A DNA stretch of 64,000 nucleotides. Source: Negaprion brevirostris. Its lineage: Eukaryota. The notes below the pieces were generated by a model, which did not search any database, had not been told where the DNA came from, and worked only from the letters and a program-made list of their open reading frames with translations. The stretch's first letter is position 1; every line of letters begins with the position of its first letter. The DNA lies in the NCBI GenBank assembly GCA_030324005.1, contig JARDVH010000128.1, positions 35,685,589 through 35,749,588 on the forward strand. The letters are read 5' to 3'. The translations under genes were made by a program, and so were the position numbers. This document shows positions 1 to 13,740 of this stretch, piece by piece.

Positions 1-929
1 CAGTCTTCCCAGCTGCCTTTTGCTGGGCTCGGACTAAAACCCCCTGCTTCTTCTCCACTTTGGTCTCGGGTCTGTAGCTATGGGCCAGTTTGAAGAGCTG
101 AGTCGCAGTCTGCCAGTCCAAGGCCTGGGTGAACTGGTTAATTGGTGGAGGCACCTTCAAACACTTGTATAAGTGGCCCTCTGACACTGAAGTCTGATAT
201 ACCACGACCATTTCACAAATCTTGTCAGATCCTTCCTGGGCTGGAAGTGCTGTTCTGCAGCAACACAAGGTCAACTCATTGGCTGTCCTTTTAAGTGAGA
301 GGAGGCATGAACTCTCTAACAGTCCTTTGTCCCTGATCTCAGCTATCCCTGCTGTGATGTATATTTACTTCTGAATACTTTCATTCAGAATTTTAGGTTG
401 TGGTCACTTCTAACAGGTTTTGTGGTAGCTGATTCAGTTCCAGCTTTAATTGCTGTAAACCTAAAAGCTAGAACTCTGATTTTTTTTTAGGAAAAGGATT
501 TTCGTGGTGCTCTCAAATTAAATCTTTCCTGTATCACACCTCTCCAGATTTCATTGGAAGGGCATTTACAAGCTGGAAGACATTTGAGATTGCATCAACT
601 TGCATTTACACAACACTTTAATGTACAGATATACCATGAGGTGCTTCAGCAGTGTAATCCACAATTGTATGATGGCAGGACTAAATAAGAACATAGTACA
701 GAAGCTTGAGGGATTTGGGAAAATTATTCCAGAATTGTGCTGTGTGGTTTAAAAGGCACAGCTGTCCATAATGGGATGAAGGGAGGNNNNNNNNNNNNNN
801 NNNNNNNNNNNNNNNNNNNNNNNNNNNNNNNNNNNNNNNNNNNNNNNNNNNNNNNNNNNNNNNNNNNNNNNNNNNNNNNNNNNNNNGGCTTGTACCAAAA
901 GCCATGGTTTGAAGAAGGAAAAACTTGAG

Positions 930-1510
930 TGGGGGAAGAATTATCAGACTGCTGGAGCTGACTTGGGCAATGGTGAGGACTTGAAGGACTTTACACAAGT
1001 TTGATTTTTAAATTGGAAACATTGGAATGCTGTGCGAAGTGTAAGCTAGAGACGGATGAATTGAGCAACCTGCAGTGTCTGAATGAGTGACAGGTGGGAG
1101 GATGAGGTAGGAGAGCTTTGAAATGGTGATGTCTGGCTCTGACGAAGATATGGAAGAGAGCTTCATCAGAAGATTGGCTGAGGCAGGGATAATGCTATTG
1201 AGGTGAAAGGCCAGTGGATGAGATTGGAAACTCGGCATGAGGTTGAGTAGGATGCAAACAACTGGGATGAAGCTGAAATGGAAACGGGAATGAATCTGTG
1301 GCATGGGTAGAGTGAGGTTGTGACGGAAATTGTGCCTCCAAGACTAAACATGGGTTGGGGGAGGTGATGTAAAAATGTGGAAACTGACTGACTGTTTTTA
1401 ATGGCAATAGGTTGGAGGCAGCATGTAGACAAGGATGGGGTAGGATAGATCCTTGGGGAAGACTGGAGGTAATATTTGATGAAGCCATTACTGGAGATAT
1501 TCTGATTATA
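930..1510 (-). mobile_element. Degenerate L2-clade LINE reverse-transcriptase fragment
   Basis: Minus-strand translation SSNITSSLPQGSIL resembles the RT motif TSGVPQGSIL. Many frameshifts. Confidence 0.6.
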
Positions 1511-2954
1511 GTTTGCCTTCACTTAGTTCCAATGAACTCCTTCAATTAGCATTGATCCCCATGAGTTTTCTGTGTGGTGGGTGNNNNNNNNNNNNNNNNN
1601 NNNNNNNNNNNNNNNNNNNNNNNNNNNNNNNNNNNNNNNNNNNNNNNNNNNNNNNNNNNNNNNNNNNNNNNNNNNNNNNNNNNNNNNNNNNNNNNNNNNN
1701 NNNNNNNNNNNNNNNNNNNNNNNNNNNNNNNNNNNNNNNNNNNNNNNNNNNNNNNNNNNNNNNNNNNNNNNNNNNNNNNNNNNNNNNNNNNNNNNNNNNN
1801 NNNNNNNNNNNNNNNNNNNNNNNNNNNNNNNNNNNNNNNNNNNNNNNNNNNNNNNNNNNNNNNNNNNNNNNNNNNNNNNNNNNNNNNNNNNNNNNNNNNN
1901 NNNNNNNNNNNNNNNNNNNNNNNNNNNNNNNNNNNNNNNNNNNNNNNNNNNNNNNNNNNNNNNNNNNNNNNNNNNNNNNNNNNNNNNNNNNNNNNNNNNN
2001 NNNNCTGTGGTTATGAAAGGATTTCATGTGATCCAGGAGTTATGTGGTCCTTTAAAGCAGTTGCCTTGCTTTAATTCTTATTTTTGCTATTGTACAATGG
2101 TGTTGATTCAGAATGTTTTTGGAGTCATCAGCCGAGCGTAAAACTAAACGCGAATTATGTAAGCACTATTTTACTTATAGTCATGTTGGAGATAATGAAA
2201 GGAATAAATTGCTTCGTTGTTACCCATCACAATAGCAGAGTAAACTGGCCACCCCATACAGCAGTCTTTTTATAATTTGGATTCTGCTGAAGGTTGATTG
2301 TAGAATAACAATAACTGTACCTACGAGTGGCCATTTCCTTTTGAGTTATAGAACCTCAAAGACTAATAACTGTGCAAGAAGTGTCCATAAAAGCAGCAAT
2401 GCTTTCAGCCTGGAAAATTCTTTGGTCTGTTGACCATTTTCCTATTTTAGAATAACAAAACTGTCAACTGCCACAGATGGGCCATGATTGGAATTAATTT
2501 GAATGGACTTTTTTTGATTAGAATTAAAAAGAAGAATCATGAGATTAAGCCAACCTTATCAGAGGCCACATTGGAGAATTTTCCTAACAATCAGCAGTCG
2601 AAATCCTGAGGGCCACAACCTGTGTTTACTTTTTAACCATCTGTAAAACTTGGAAGCAGCATCATCAACTACATAAAAGATAACCATGCTGTCATTGTAT
2701 AAAAGCTTTTGAGTATAGTGGCAAATATATTGCTCCTAAGTTAAAAGCAGAACTTTGATCAACTGAAATCCCTTGAGTTTTGGAATTCTTGGGCTGCCTG
2801 TTTTTAGTTCCTATGGCCCATGGACTTTAGTTGACAAAACTGATGTAGGTTGAGCTACCAAATGTGTGCTTTATTGAGGCGCAATATGCTTCACACGATA
2901 AATAATGAACTCTAGTTGTCAAGATTCCCCTTATTTTTAACATTTCAGAGGAGT

Positions 2955-3763
2955 TAACTGTTCTTATTCTGCAACCTCAACCAATTTTTGTGTTGTAAAG
3001 GACATATTCTAATCTTACTACCTAGCTACGGAGGGAAGCTTCAAAAATTAGGATTGTACAGTACAATTGTGTCCAAATTGGACTCACGGCAAAAGATGCC
3101 TTAAATCTTCCAGCCATCCAGACCCCAGCTTAATCACACAGATATTCCTGAAAATATTGGCAATGTAGTAATTTAGCTAGACATTTTACCATTTTGATTA
3201 ATCAGGCAAACAGGTTGAACACAAGTGGATTTTTATGTATTCGTAAACTGAAATGTACATGGTTTTATGTTGCTTGGAAGTATTGCATCATGTTATTATT
3301 CACCTTGCAGTAGAACAATTGAGCATGGATTTTTCCCGACTACACACATATGCTCCTCCTCAATATGTGCCAGAGAACACTGGCTATACCTATGCACTCA
3401 GGTGAGATTCTTCCAGCTATGGTGCATGGTGTTTGCTGTAAATGGTCTGGAACAATGCTTCATTCGAATTGAATGTTTAATAATTATTTAAATGATCACA
3501 AATATTGTATTCTAGAGAATGAGTGCAATACTGACTTGTGATTGGAGTATTCAATCAACTGAAATGTTCAAAATTGTTGATGATTGTAAATATTTTCCTA
3601 ACTTGACAATAGAAAAAACATTTTAACCATTCTTGTTTTGCAACTTTAACTAATTCTGTGTTTTAAAAGAGCATATTTTAATCTTACTGCCTAGCTACAG
3701 CAGAAAGCTTCATAAAATAAACAGAATTGGGATTGCACAGTGCAATTGTGTCCAAATTGGACT
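2955..3763 (+). repeat. Diverged ~130-bp direct repeat pair (about 2955-3084 and 3622-3763)
   Basis: Both copies contain ttaac..ttctt.tt.tgcaac, taatcttact.cctagctac and caattgtgtccaaattggact. Confidence 0.8.
3325..3401 (+). CDS. SUN1: SUN1 first coding exon (MDFSRLHTYAPPQYVPENTGYTYALS)
   Basis: Acceptor ttgcag ends at 3310, ATG at 3325, donor AG|gtgag. Nearly identical to the SUN1 N-terminus MDFSRLHMYSPPQCVPENTGYTYALS. Confidence 0.95.
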
Positions 3764-6250
3764 GGATTAGTGTAATATGGGTCCATGCATTGAACATCTC
3801 TATAATAGAAAAATGAGCATCCAAATGCTAGTCTAAATGCATCTGTTTTGGAGTGCACTTGCTGCTTCACTGTTAACATTGCTTACATGTTTTTTGCCTC
3901 CAAGACCCGGTTCTGGTAATCAGTCTTCAAGAAGAGTGTGTGAGAACCAACACATGCTTGATTTTGTAACTTGAACTGACCTCGAGTTCTTGATCACCAT
4001 TGTTCCTTCTTGCCTCTCTTGTAAATCCCACTTGCCTTATTTTTCTGATTTGAACTCCTCATTTGCTTTGTTTGTGTAACAAAAATTGGTATATCATTGA
4101 ATGTACTGCTTGGCCAGATTTCTGTTGATTTTTGTATTAACTATTTTATATCTGCAGGCTGAGAATTATACCTGTAAAAAAAAATGTTAACTTGCCATCT
4201 GTGCAGTGTGTAAAGCAGTTTTCTCTGCTGTTTTTGAGATTGATATTTGTTTATTTTCATTACCACATTATACTGACTACTTTAATCCTTTTTCAAGATT
4301 TTGGCCGTCATGAGTTTCAGTAATTGACATTATATCTGTGTAAGGATCCTCTACCCTGATTATCGTATCTTAAACTTCACCAGTTGTTTGTTCAGTCTCT
4401 CCTAACTCTGCATTCGGTGACTTGAGCAATGCAAGTTACAGAATCTGGGATGGGTAAGCACATTCGGAAACAAATGCCAGAAGTCTGTTAACACAAACAC
4501 TGCTTTATGTTTCGGGTTATTGCTTTTGGTCAAGAATGAAGAGACCTGACAAGAGTATCCCAGTTGTCTTGAGAGTGCTTACGGTCTGCATGTTTACAAA
4601 AAGATAGCAGCTGTCATTTCTCCTTTGGATTTGTGCTTCTAATGTTGCACCTAACACTGTCAATATTTGTTTAGTATGGGGAGAATGAAGACAGGCAGAT
4701 GCACGACACAAGTGTATGAGAGTTAATGGAGAAAGCAGACAGTCGTGTATTCAGAAAAGCCTTTGAGCTGATAATTAGCTTTTAAAATACAGTAATCCTA
4801 CAGGACAAGACTAGGATTTCTGGCGAGTTAAAGATTTACACAAGAACCACTGGCCTCAATTCAAAATTTGAACAGTGAATTGCATTGTTTCCATTTGTGT
4901 TGCCATGATGAATCTAAAACTCCGTTACACAGAAAGGCGGCAAATCAGCCTTCAGTTTCAAATACTACTGCTATCCTTTTGAGTGAAATGTTTGGAGTGA
5001 TACAAGGAAGTGGAAATAGTGTGACAACTCTAAGCCATTATTGCAGACTGCGCGTATAGTGGAGAAACTAATATGTGACCTGGGAATAGTTGAGTCAATG
5101 ACACTCAGTAAAGAGTCAGTAAAGATTCTCTCCCATGTATTAAAATCAGTTATCTTTGTAAAATTCACTGTTCATGTACAAATGCATTTCAAGCTAATTT
5201 GTTTGCTAAACACTATCTTTGTAGGCCTCTTAAATACTCCCCACTTTTTAGCACAACCAAAAAAACACACTTTGCCACTGTATTTCTGATAAANNNNNNN
5301 NNNNNNNNNNNNNNNNNNNNNNNNNNNNNNNNNNNNNNNNNNNNNNNNNNNNNNNNNNNNNNNNNNNNNNNNNNNNNNNNNNNNNNNNNNNNNTGGGCTA
5401 ACAACAATTTATAGTTTATATATATAATAAATAGTTTAACATATCAATTATGAGAATTGTAAGAATGTAACAGTTTCAACTTTATTGATAGTCGTGTGTT
5501 CTAGAATTTCTGCCTTAAAATCCTTCACTACCTGGTACTGTTAAGCCCCCGTTTAAAATGCACCTCACAGATCAGCTCCTGATCACCTGCCCAATAATTG
5601 ACATACAAATGGTTGAAGGGTATTTATTTCTTGTTGCTTATGGGGGTTCAAATCCCACACCAAGCTTTGAACACCAATATTGTAATCTGGAGTTGTCCAC
5701 CATACGATCTCCAAGCCATAAACCTGACCACTAAGCCTCTCCATCCTACCCACTGACTCACTGTTCAAAATATGGGTACGCCCAATGAAATTTGCAATGT
5801 GCGCTCCTTTAATCATTGACTGTTTCTCTCCCACATTTGCTGCTGATCGGAGGGTGAATGACCGTGGTGCATTCTTGTTCTCTCTCGACCTCCCGCGCAG
5901 GCAGTACACTCCCTAAAGGAGTGCATGGGTCAAGATGGTGGCATGTTCTGAGTGGCCACAAAGAACAGCAGTTGCAACAACAGCACCCACCTGGGGCAGC
6001 TGGAGTTTCTAACAGGGCAGAGTGAGGAAGCATGTCTTGGCATCTACACAGCCATCCTGAATTCCTCTGTGGCAGTAAAATGTCAAAAAGCCTTGCGGCT
6101 CAGATGCAGGGGGTTCTGGGGGGTGGGGGGAGGTGTTGGGGAGGAGTGCTNNNNNNNNNNNNNNNNNNNNNNNNNNNNNNNNNNNNNNNNNNNNNNNNNN
6201 NNNNNNNNNNNNNNNNNNNNNNNNNNNNNNNNNNNNNNNNNNNNNNNNNN

Positions 6251-7170
6251 GGTTTAGGGAAGCGGGGATTAGGCTAAAATGAGAGAAGTGCACATTTCAG
6301 TCAGAGGGAGTTACCTATTCAGGACTTGGTGTTGATTCGTAGGGTCTACATCCTTTTGAAAAATAGGTAAAAGCCATCAAGGAAGTTCCACAGGAAAAAT
6401 AATGTACCCAAGCTGACAACATTACTGGGGATGATAAACTACAATGACAGATATCTTAAAAAGATTTCTACCATTTTAGCCCCACTTCATCAACTGTTTA
6501 AAATAAAACACCAAAGATGGAAATGCAGAGAAGAACAGCTTTTGTCAAAGTTAAACAGGCCCTGCAATAATCTACCTTGTTGGTGCATTTTGACGCAAAC
6601 AAAACCTTAATAGTAACCGACATTGCTTCACCATATGGAGTGGGAGCTGTTCTGACCCACCAATGCCTGATGGTACAGAAAGGCCCATTGCCTTCGCTTC
6701 AAGACTTGTCCAACATGGAGAGGAAATACTCCCAAATAGACAAGGAAAGTTTGGCTGTCATTCTTGCAGTCAAAAAGTACCATCAGTATATTCACGGCCA
6801 CATTTATAATAGTCTTGGAACACAGGATAAGCCGATGTCCCCAATTGCTTCTGCAAGGGTGCTGAGATGGGCTGTTTTGTTAGCAGCCTACAGTTTTACG
6901 TTTCACTTTTGTCCCAGAACACAGATATCATATGCAGATGCACTTAACCAGTTGCCTTTGCCACAAACAGTAGAATCTAGCACTGGTTTCTCAAGAGATT
7001 ATACTGGCACTGCATTTGGTAGACACTTTGCCAGTTTCAGCAAAACGCACAAAATTGTGGACAGAAAGATACCCTGTGTTGGCGAAAGTAAAGAAGATGG
7101 TCATGCAATGGCGTCAGTATGAGAAGTCAGACGTGTTAAAACCCTGCCAAAGTAGACTGTCAGAAATAGC
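6251..7170 (+). mobile_element. Degenerate Ty3/Gypsy LTR-retrotransposon pol fragment (RT end / RNase H)
   Basis: LVHFD...IASPYGVGAVLTH...ERKYSQIDKESLAVILAVKKYHQYIHG...ASARVLRWAVLLAAY...ADAL is the Gypsy RNase H signature. Frameshifts and stops present. Confidence 0.88.
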
Positions 7171-7439
7171 CTGTGGAGGTTGTTACTGTGGAGAGGGTGG
7201 GTGGGGTGGTGTGGGGGTGGGGGGGGGGGGGGGGCGGGGGTGGGGAGGAGTGCTTGAGTGCATGCACCAGAGTGATACCTGCTTGTGTTCCTACCTTTGT
7301 ATGATGCTGCTGCTAACTTGCAGTATGTCACTAGAGGCACATACCAGGTCAGTGTTAATTAAACCCAATTCCCTGGTAAGCCAAAAGGCAAAGAAGGTTT
7401 TACTGGTTAGCTCTGCTGCTGGCAAATTTGTATGGATAG

Positions 7440-7700
7440 CATGCAAAACAATACTTTTCACTGTATCTCAGTACGTGACAACAATAAATCAAAACTTCTT
7501 TCTTGCTGCCATCAGACTTTTCAATGGACCCACTTTATATTAATTTGATCTTTTTCTACCTATGACTAACACTATACTCTGCACCTTCCTTTCCTTCTGC
7601 CCTATGTACCTGATGAACGGTATGCTCTGCCTGTACAGTGTGCAAGAAACAATACTTTTCACTATCCCAATGTAAGCAACAATGAATCGAATCAAATAAA
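7440..7700 (+). mobile_element. 3' tail of a Rex1/Babar-like non-LTR element
   Basis: The tail motif gaaacaatacttttcact...acaataaatcaaatc recurs at about 44240-44310 and 57350-57590, and inverted at about 28950-29090 and 55550-55640. Confidence 0.55.
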
Positions 7701-8039
7701 AGGCTAGACTCTGATGTGATCTGACTTTTTGATACATTGTGGTGGCCATATGTGGTCCCATTGTTCCATTCAAAAGATGAGGTGGGCTAAAATATTCCTG
7801 TTACCATCACTACCAAAACAGATCAAGTGAAATGAATTGTTTGTAGGATTTGATACACATTAGCTGTTGCACTTAACTACCAAACAATCTTAACTTGACA
7901 TTTTTTAAAACTTTTTTTTACTCCATTCTTAAAGTAACAAAACTAATGCTCAGAATGGACCAGACAAATCCAAATCCATTCCTTGCTTGCTCCAAAAATC
8001 ACTTGATCTTAGCCAAAAGACCAAGAAGTTTGAGACGAA

Positions 8040-8950
8040 ATTAACAGTCACTTGGACAAACCTGATTACTTGAGGGAAGGTGGCATGGATTTTTTTGAGG
8101 GCAACTCACTGACTTGCTTGAATTTTTTGAGGTGATGTAAGAGTGTTAATGAAGATATTGTAGTTGATACGCTGTACATGGACTTTGAAAAGGCATTTGA
8201 TAAAGTNNNNNNNNNNNNNNNNNNNNNNNNNNNNNNAAGGGCAGTAGCAGCATGGATACAAAATTCAGAGTAACTGGAAACTCTAGTGATGAATGGTTGT
8301 TGTTTAGACTGGAGAAAATTGTATAGTGGGGCTTTCTAGGGCTCTGTGTTATAACCTTTACTATAATGACTCAACTAGGGGATACAAGGCATGTTTTCAA
8401 AACCTGCAGAGCACATAACTTGTTCATCCATTGTGTAAATGACAGATGAAATTTTAATGCAAAGAAGTATGAAATGATTCACAATGAGGAGAGGCAACAT
8501 AAGAGTAAATTCTAAAGGGGTTGTAGGAGCAAAGAGACCAATCATTTGAAGGTGACAGGACAGGTTGAGAAAGCGGTCAGTAAAAGCATGTGGGATCCTG
8601 AGCTTTTTAAGTAGGGGCATAAGAGAACAAAAGCAAGGAAGCCATGGTAAACCCATAAAATGCTGATTTGACCTCAACTGAAATATTCAGTTGAGTGTCC
8701 AGTCCAAGGCAGCAGACCTGAGGAATAATGTAAATGCATTGGAGAAGATGTAGAAAAGTTGCAAAAGAATGCTTACGGGCATTGAATTTCAGTTATGAAG
8801 ATAGATTAGAGAAAGCAAGGTGATTCTCTTTGCAGATTCAGCAGAGATTTGATAGAGCTGCTCAAAATCAAGGGGTCTAAGCAGAGTAGATAGGGACAAG
8901 CTGCTTCTGTCGGAAGGATTGAGAATCAAATGACACTGATTTTATGGTGA
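8040..8950 (+). mobile_element. Degenerate CR1-clade LINE fragment
   Basis: Encodes the RT motif VDTLYMDFEKAFDKV followed by CR1-type C-terminal remnants. Confidence 0.8.
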
Positions 8951-11900
8951 TCCAGATGACATGAGAGGTGCAGTATACGTAAAAGAGCTATTAAGGTTGG
9001 ACAAGAAATGCTGGCCTTCCCAAAAAGGCATTCATCCCATGACAATAAAAAAAAGATTATTAATTCTTGCTGCTGAGTCTTGATTAGTGAGTACCAATTT
9101 GAGAATGTTTATGAATAAGTAAACTAAGATTTTCTGGTTACCAGACCCAGGTTTATTAGTGCACAAAGTCATTTGTTGGTTCTTCAACCCATTGTGAAGG
9201 ATTATAGTTGGAACAATGCTGTATGAAGACCTTAAGTGCAGGAAGAATAAAGTTTGTGAAAAAGAAATAATACTTAACTGGAATGTATTGTATTGTCCCT
9301 AGGATACATAATAAGGGTCCAATCTTGGAACAAAATGCAGTTATGTAAAAGCAGAGAGGAAATGATATTTTCAGAATTTGCATTTATTTGGGTTAATTTG
9401 TTATTTGGGTTAATTTGGTGTTAGGCATTTTATTGCAATTGAAAACTGCCTGGTGGATGAAATTTCTTCTAATTCAAGTACTGCATATTAATTAATGCTA
9501 TAAATGGATACATGTTCATTAATTGTATTTAATTTGTTGGCATTACTTGCTACTTTTGCTTACTCCTTTCCAGTTCTGTAGTTGGTAGGCTAGCCTTCCA
9601 TTTGAGGTACAGTTGGCTGCCACTTGTCGATTTTTAAGTGAAAGCCTTGGCTGGTAGATGAGCCAGCAGTTGATTTCTGTCCTCCTTATGGTGGGCTTTA
9701 TTTTGATTTCTGCATTACTAATCCTGCAGGTTTTTTTTCCGAATCTGTTCGAGTGGTTTGTCTTTTCATGTGCTTTGTTCCTACACTTGCTCCATTTGAA
9801 TTACTGTCTTGTAGAAACATGATGCAGAAACAAGTGAGGGATTCTGAAAAATTGAGAAAGTAAATAAGTGAAAATAGGAAACAAAAGTAGAATAAGATTG
9901 TTCAGTCGTAAGGGAAGAAGAGCTGCATCATGTGCTGTAAAGGACGGCAGGTAAATTTAATTTATACTGCTTGCTCACAATCTATAATGTGTCTTTTTGC
10001 TGAGTGGAATTGTGTTCCATTGTCTGCTTATTCTCTATTTTTACTTTGAGATCTTCAATGAAACACCTCGCACACCTTAGTGCCCCTCTGCTAATTGAAT
10101 AATTTGCGTGAAGTGACATTTAAATAACTTGTGGCCCTGATTGAAGAAGACAAAGCAACTTGTGAATTACATGTGAATTGGTTTGAGTTTTTATCGATTC
10201 ACAGAAAAGCCCATGTGGTGTTCTGTTCATTTGTGTAGCAGTGAAGTGATGTTTAAAATGGGAGCAGCAAATGAGCTATGATTTGTGTGGCTTTTCAGGT
10301 TTCTGTGGATATTGCAGAAATTGTTGTAAAATGAGCTGTCTGGTTTTGAGTTGGAGACTTGATGTTTTAGGTGGGTTGTGAGCAATCAGTTATGTTGTTG
10401 AAATATGATAGAATGTGCAGTTCAGTTGTACCACCGCTTAACTAAACTTATTTAAATATTGCTGTGGGTTGGTTATGTAATTTTTAATATTTGAATCTAG
10501 TGTGTTATGGCAGCATGTAGAACCTTTGTAGAAACTGCAGCTTCTGTAAGTTTTGTACAGAATTGTTACTGTTTGTTATCGGTCTAGAGGTTCACAGTTA
10601 AGTGTAAGCAGTTCTCTGCTAACAAGATAACTTGCACACATACATAGGACTACTTTCCCTAGTTAATTTTGAATGTTCCCATTGTACAGCTGAGAGCTGT
10701 CTTAAAATGCTGTAAAAAGGGCTATGCTTCATTTGATAAAATGTCATGATCAACAACATTTCACAGAGTAAAATTAAAGTGTCAAACTTGTTTTTAAAAA
10801 AGGTTTAAAATAAATTTCAACTGAAAGGAGATCTTGCAGCAATTGGGCAAATCAAAAAAAGTTCCCCCAAAAGGTTGCTGAGGCTAGATCACTTGAAGAT
10901 TCCAAATTGAGATTAATATGTTTTTGTTAACCAAACAGGGTTACAGACCCTTGATGGTTGGATTACGATATGTATTGGCTACGGACAGGCTCGTGGGGCT
11001 GAATGAGGGAGCTGCCCCAATGATGTTCCTATGCTCCACCTGTGTTGCAGTTATTTCCGTCCTTGTTGTGGAATTCTATCACTTTGGCATTACTGCAAGG
11101 TGGAAGCAGCCTTAGTGAGGTTCTCAAATGATTTCATAACCACAAAAGATTGCATCCAAAACATTTAAACTTGTTAAGNNNNNNNNNNNNNNNNNNNNNN
11201 NNNNNNNNNNNNNNNNNNNNNNNNNNNNNNNNNNNNNNNNNNNNNNNNNNNNNNNNNNNNNNNNNNNNNNNNNNNNNNAAAACAATTAAACTTGTTAAGA
11301 GAGCTCTTATGAAACTGAAGCGATCCTCAGCTGTTTTAGCCAGTTGGTGTTCAGTTTGTGTGTTGTTCCTACTCATGGCTCAATTCGATGCTTTGTACCC
11401 TTGCATTGTTTGGCATGAGCACAAATCTGCCCTTCTCCTTCCCACCAACATTATGAATAAAATTGATGCTGCCTTCTGTAATGCCCCTTGCATGAAAGGG
11501 CATCTTGTTCTGCTTGAGTTGCATTGAGATGAATTTGGAGGCCAAGCTAATGAAACCTGCTGTGACTTTTTCTCAAGTCTGTCTCCTTTTTATCATCATT
11601 GTCAACTATCTATAATGTTTTGCATTTTGTATATGCACAAAACAGTCTTAATCAACAGCATTTAAATCGTTAATAGGCATGCAGAGCTGAATTTAGAATA
11701 TTGGGTGTACACAACAGAAAAAACACAACTTTTTAAAAGTGCCTTAATTTCCCATTATACATTTTATATTCTCTTTCTGATTTGTATAATTTTTGAGTAG
11801 AATGTGACAGTATTGGTGATTTGAATTTTTATTTTTCATGTAGAACATACCTTTTCTGTTTTCCGCTGCTGCATTTTTGTCTTTCTGTTGCTCCCCCAAC

Positions 11901-12709
11901 CCGGAGAAGCGTTTTGAACCTTTACAAACGTTCCATGACAGTCGTCTTTCTGGGAATTGGATGGTTCTAAGTTGCATGCTATTCCTCCCCCCTCCTCCCA
12001 CCCGGCATAATGTTTTGCATCCCTTTTGGTTTTCTTTGGAGTGAAGTTGAAATGCTTTCCCAGAAAAATAAATCAAGACGTGAATTTTGATGATTCTTAA
12101 GCACCCCCTCTCCAAGCAGTTGGCTGTAGAGCATTGTTAAGAAAGACTTAAAAATAGTTTTTCTGCTTGCCTGTCAGTTGAGTGGCTGGAGGATCTTGAG
12201 GTAGAAAAAAATAATTGAAGTAACTGTTCTGTGCTAAAACTTTCGCATATTTTGAAACTCATCTGGATTTATAAACCTTAAAAGATGAATATTGTAAGGA
12301 GGATGACTTTATTAAAAGCCTCTGATTACTGTTGATTATCTTTGCTAATCTAACTACACATTCTTTTGTAATGGTGCTTTAACACTGAATCTTGCATACC
12401 CTTGAAACTGGAATTTTTACATCAGTAATTTTGATCGTCTATAAAATTTGAAGACTAAACAGAACTACCAGATTGTGTTTTTAAACTTTTGGTAGTTGAA
12501 TTTATAAAAGATTACAATGTCTAAATTACCACAACCTGCATGTTATGTATTGCATGATTTTAGTGGAAACTGCATTAATGACTGATTAACAATGCACAAA
12601 TTCTTTAAAACTGAAACCAGAGCATGAACAGTATATTACTATTCCTTAGTATTAATGTTTAATTGTTAAATGCATGTGAAATTTTCACATACAGTATGTT
12701 TTATTACAG

Positions 12710-12910
12710 TTCCAGTTACTCTACAGAGGCAGTGGATTTTGAAAGCACACATCAGCTGCATCCAGTATACGACTCACCAAGAATGTCACGACGCAGATTG
12801 CGTCCTGTTAGCACTGAGTTTTATGCCACTGAGAATGTGCACAATGAGAGCATTGGGAGCAACCAATCTTTTACAGGAAGCCTCTTGTCCTATAAGGAAT
12901 CTATATCCAG
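12710..12910 (+). CDS. SUN1: SUN1 coding exon (SSYSTEAVDFESTHQLHPVYDSPRMSRRRLR...SISR)
   Basis: ttacag| acceptor and |gtaag donor. Matches SUN1 SSYSSDALDFETEHKLDPVFDSPRMSRRSLR. Phase 2-2. Confidence 0.95.
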
Positions 12911-13059
12911 GTAAGCCTGATTATTTNNNNNNNNNNNNNNNNNNNNNNNNNNNNNNNNNNNNNNNNNNNNNNNNNNNNNNNNNNNNNNNNNNNNNNNNNN
13001 NNNNNNNNNNNNNNNNNNNNNNNNNNTATTAGGAAAAGGGGACAGTGATCAGGCTTGGG

Positions 13060-13740
13060 ATGATAATTGATTCGAATGCCTGGCACTTAAGTGACAGGTA
13101 ACAATGACCATTTCCCACAAGAGAGATCTAACCATTTCCCCATGACTTTAGATGGCATTGCCAATGCTAATTCCCTCACCATCCTCGGGTTATCAGTTCT
13201 ATGGTGAATAACTCATTGCTTGATTCCTCAACCTGTCCACCATCTGCAAGGCAAAAGTCAGGAGTGTGATGGATAATGCCTAGGAAGCTTCGCACCATTC
13301 AAGTCAAAGCAGCCAACCTGGAACTCACTAACAGCTTTGTGGGTGTACCTACATTACACGCACTGCAACTTAGCTGATCCACCACCTTAAAGATTACCCT
13401 CACCATCTTGCAATGTACATCACCTACAAGGTATACTGCAGCAACTTTCCAAGGCTCCTTCAGCACTTTCAAACTTACGACCTCATTACCTAGAAGGATA
13501 AGAGCAACAGATAATTGGAAACGCCATCACCTACAAGTTTCCCTCCAAGTTGCACACCATCCTGCCTTGGAATNNNNNNNNNNNNNNNNNNNNNNNNNNN
13601 NNNNNNNNNNNNNNNNNNNNAACAGCTTTGTGGTGTACCTACGTTATATGTGCAGCAACAGTTGAGAAAGTTATATTCTCATCATCTCACGAGCAATTGG
13701 AGATGGAGTTAAATGCTGGTAGCAACACTCGTATTTGAAA
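13060..13740 (+). mobile_element. Degenerate non-LTR retrotransposon 3' fragment (clade uncertain)
   Basis: Resembles a common shark LINE 3' region (caaggcaaaagtcaggagtgtgatgg...; taaatgctgg tail). The tail is shared with the SINE at 23535-23845. Confidence 0.5.

Noticed and set aside
1513-2141. Long ORFs in the track here and at 18522-19224, 45676-46330, 54007-54481 and 58882-60009
   Set aside because: Their length comes from runs of N translated as X.
3308-3313. Tandem NAGNAG acceptor (cagtag) before the first coding exon
   Set aside because: It affects only 3 nt of 5' UTR, and such sites are common.
9385-9420. Short tandem duplications (also near 14810 and 15980-16040)
   Set aside because: These are two-copy slippage repeats with no array or spacer structure, so they are not CRISPR-like.
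9880-9956. Possible alternative first exon ending at a strong donor (ggcag|gtaaat) with ATG TGC TGT AAA
   Set aside because: The ATG frame is phase 0 while the next SUN1 exon needs phase 2, and the phase-2 frame has no ATG after an upstream stop. It is unsupported without transcripts.
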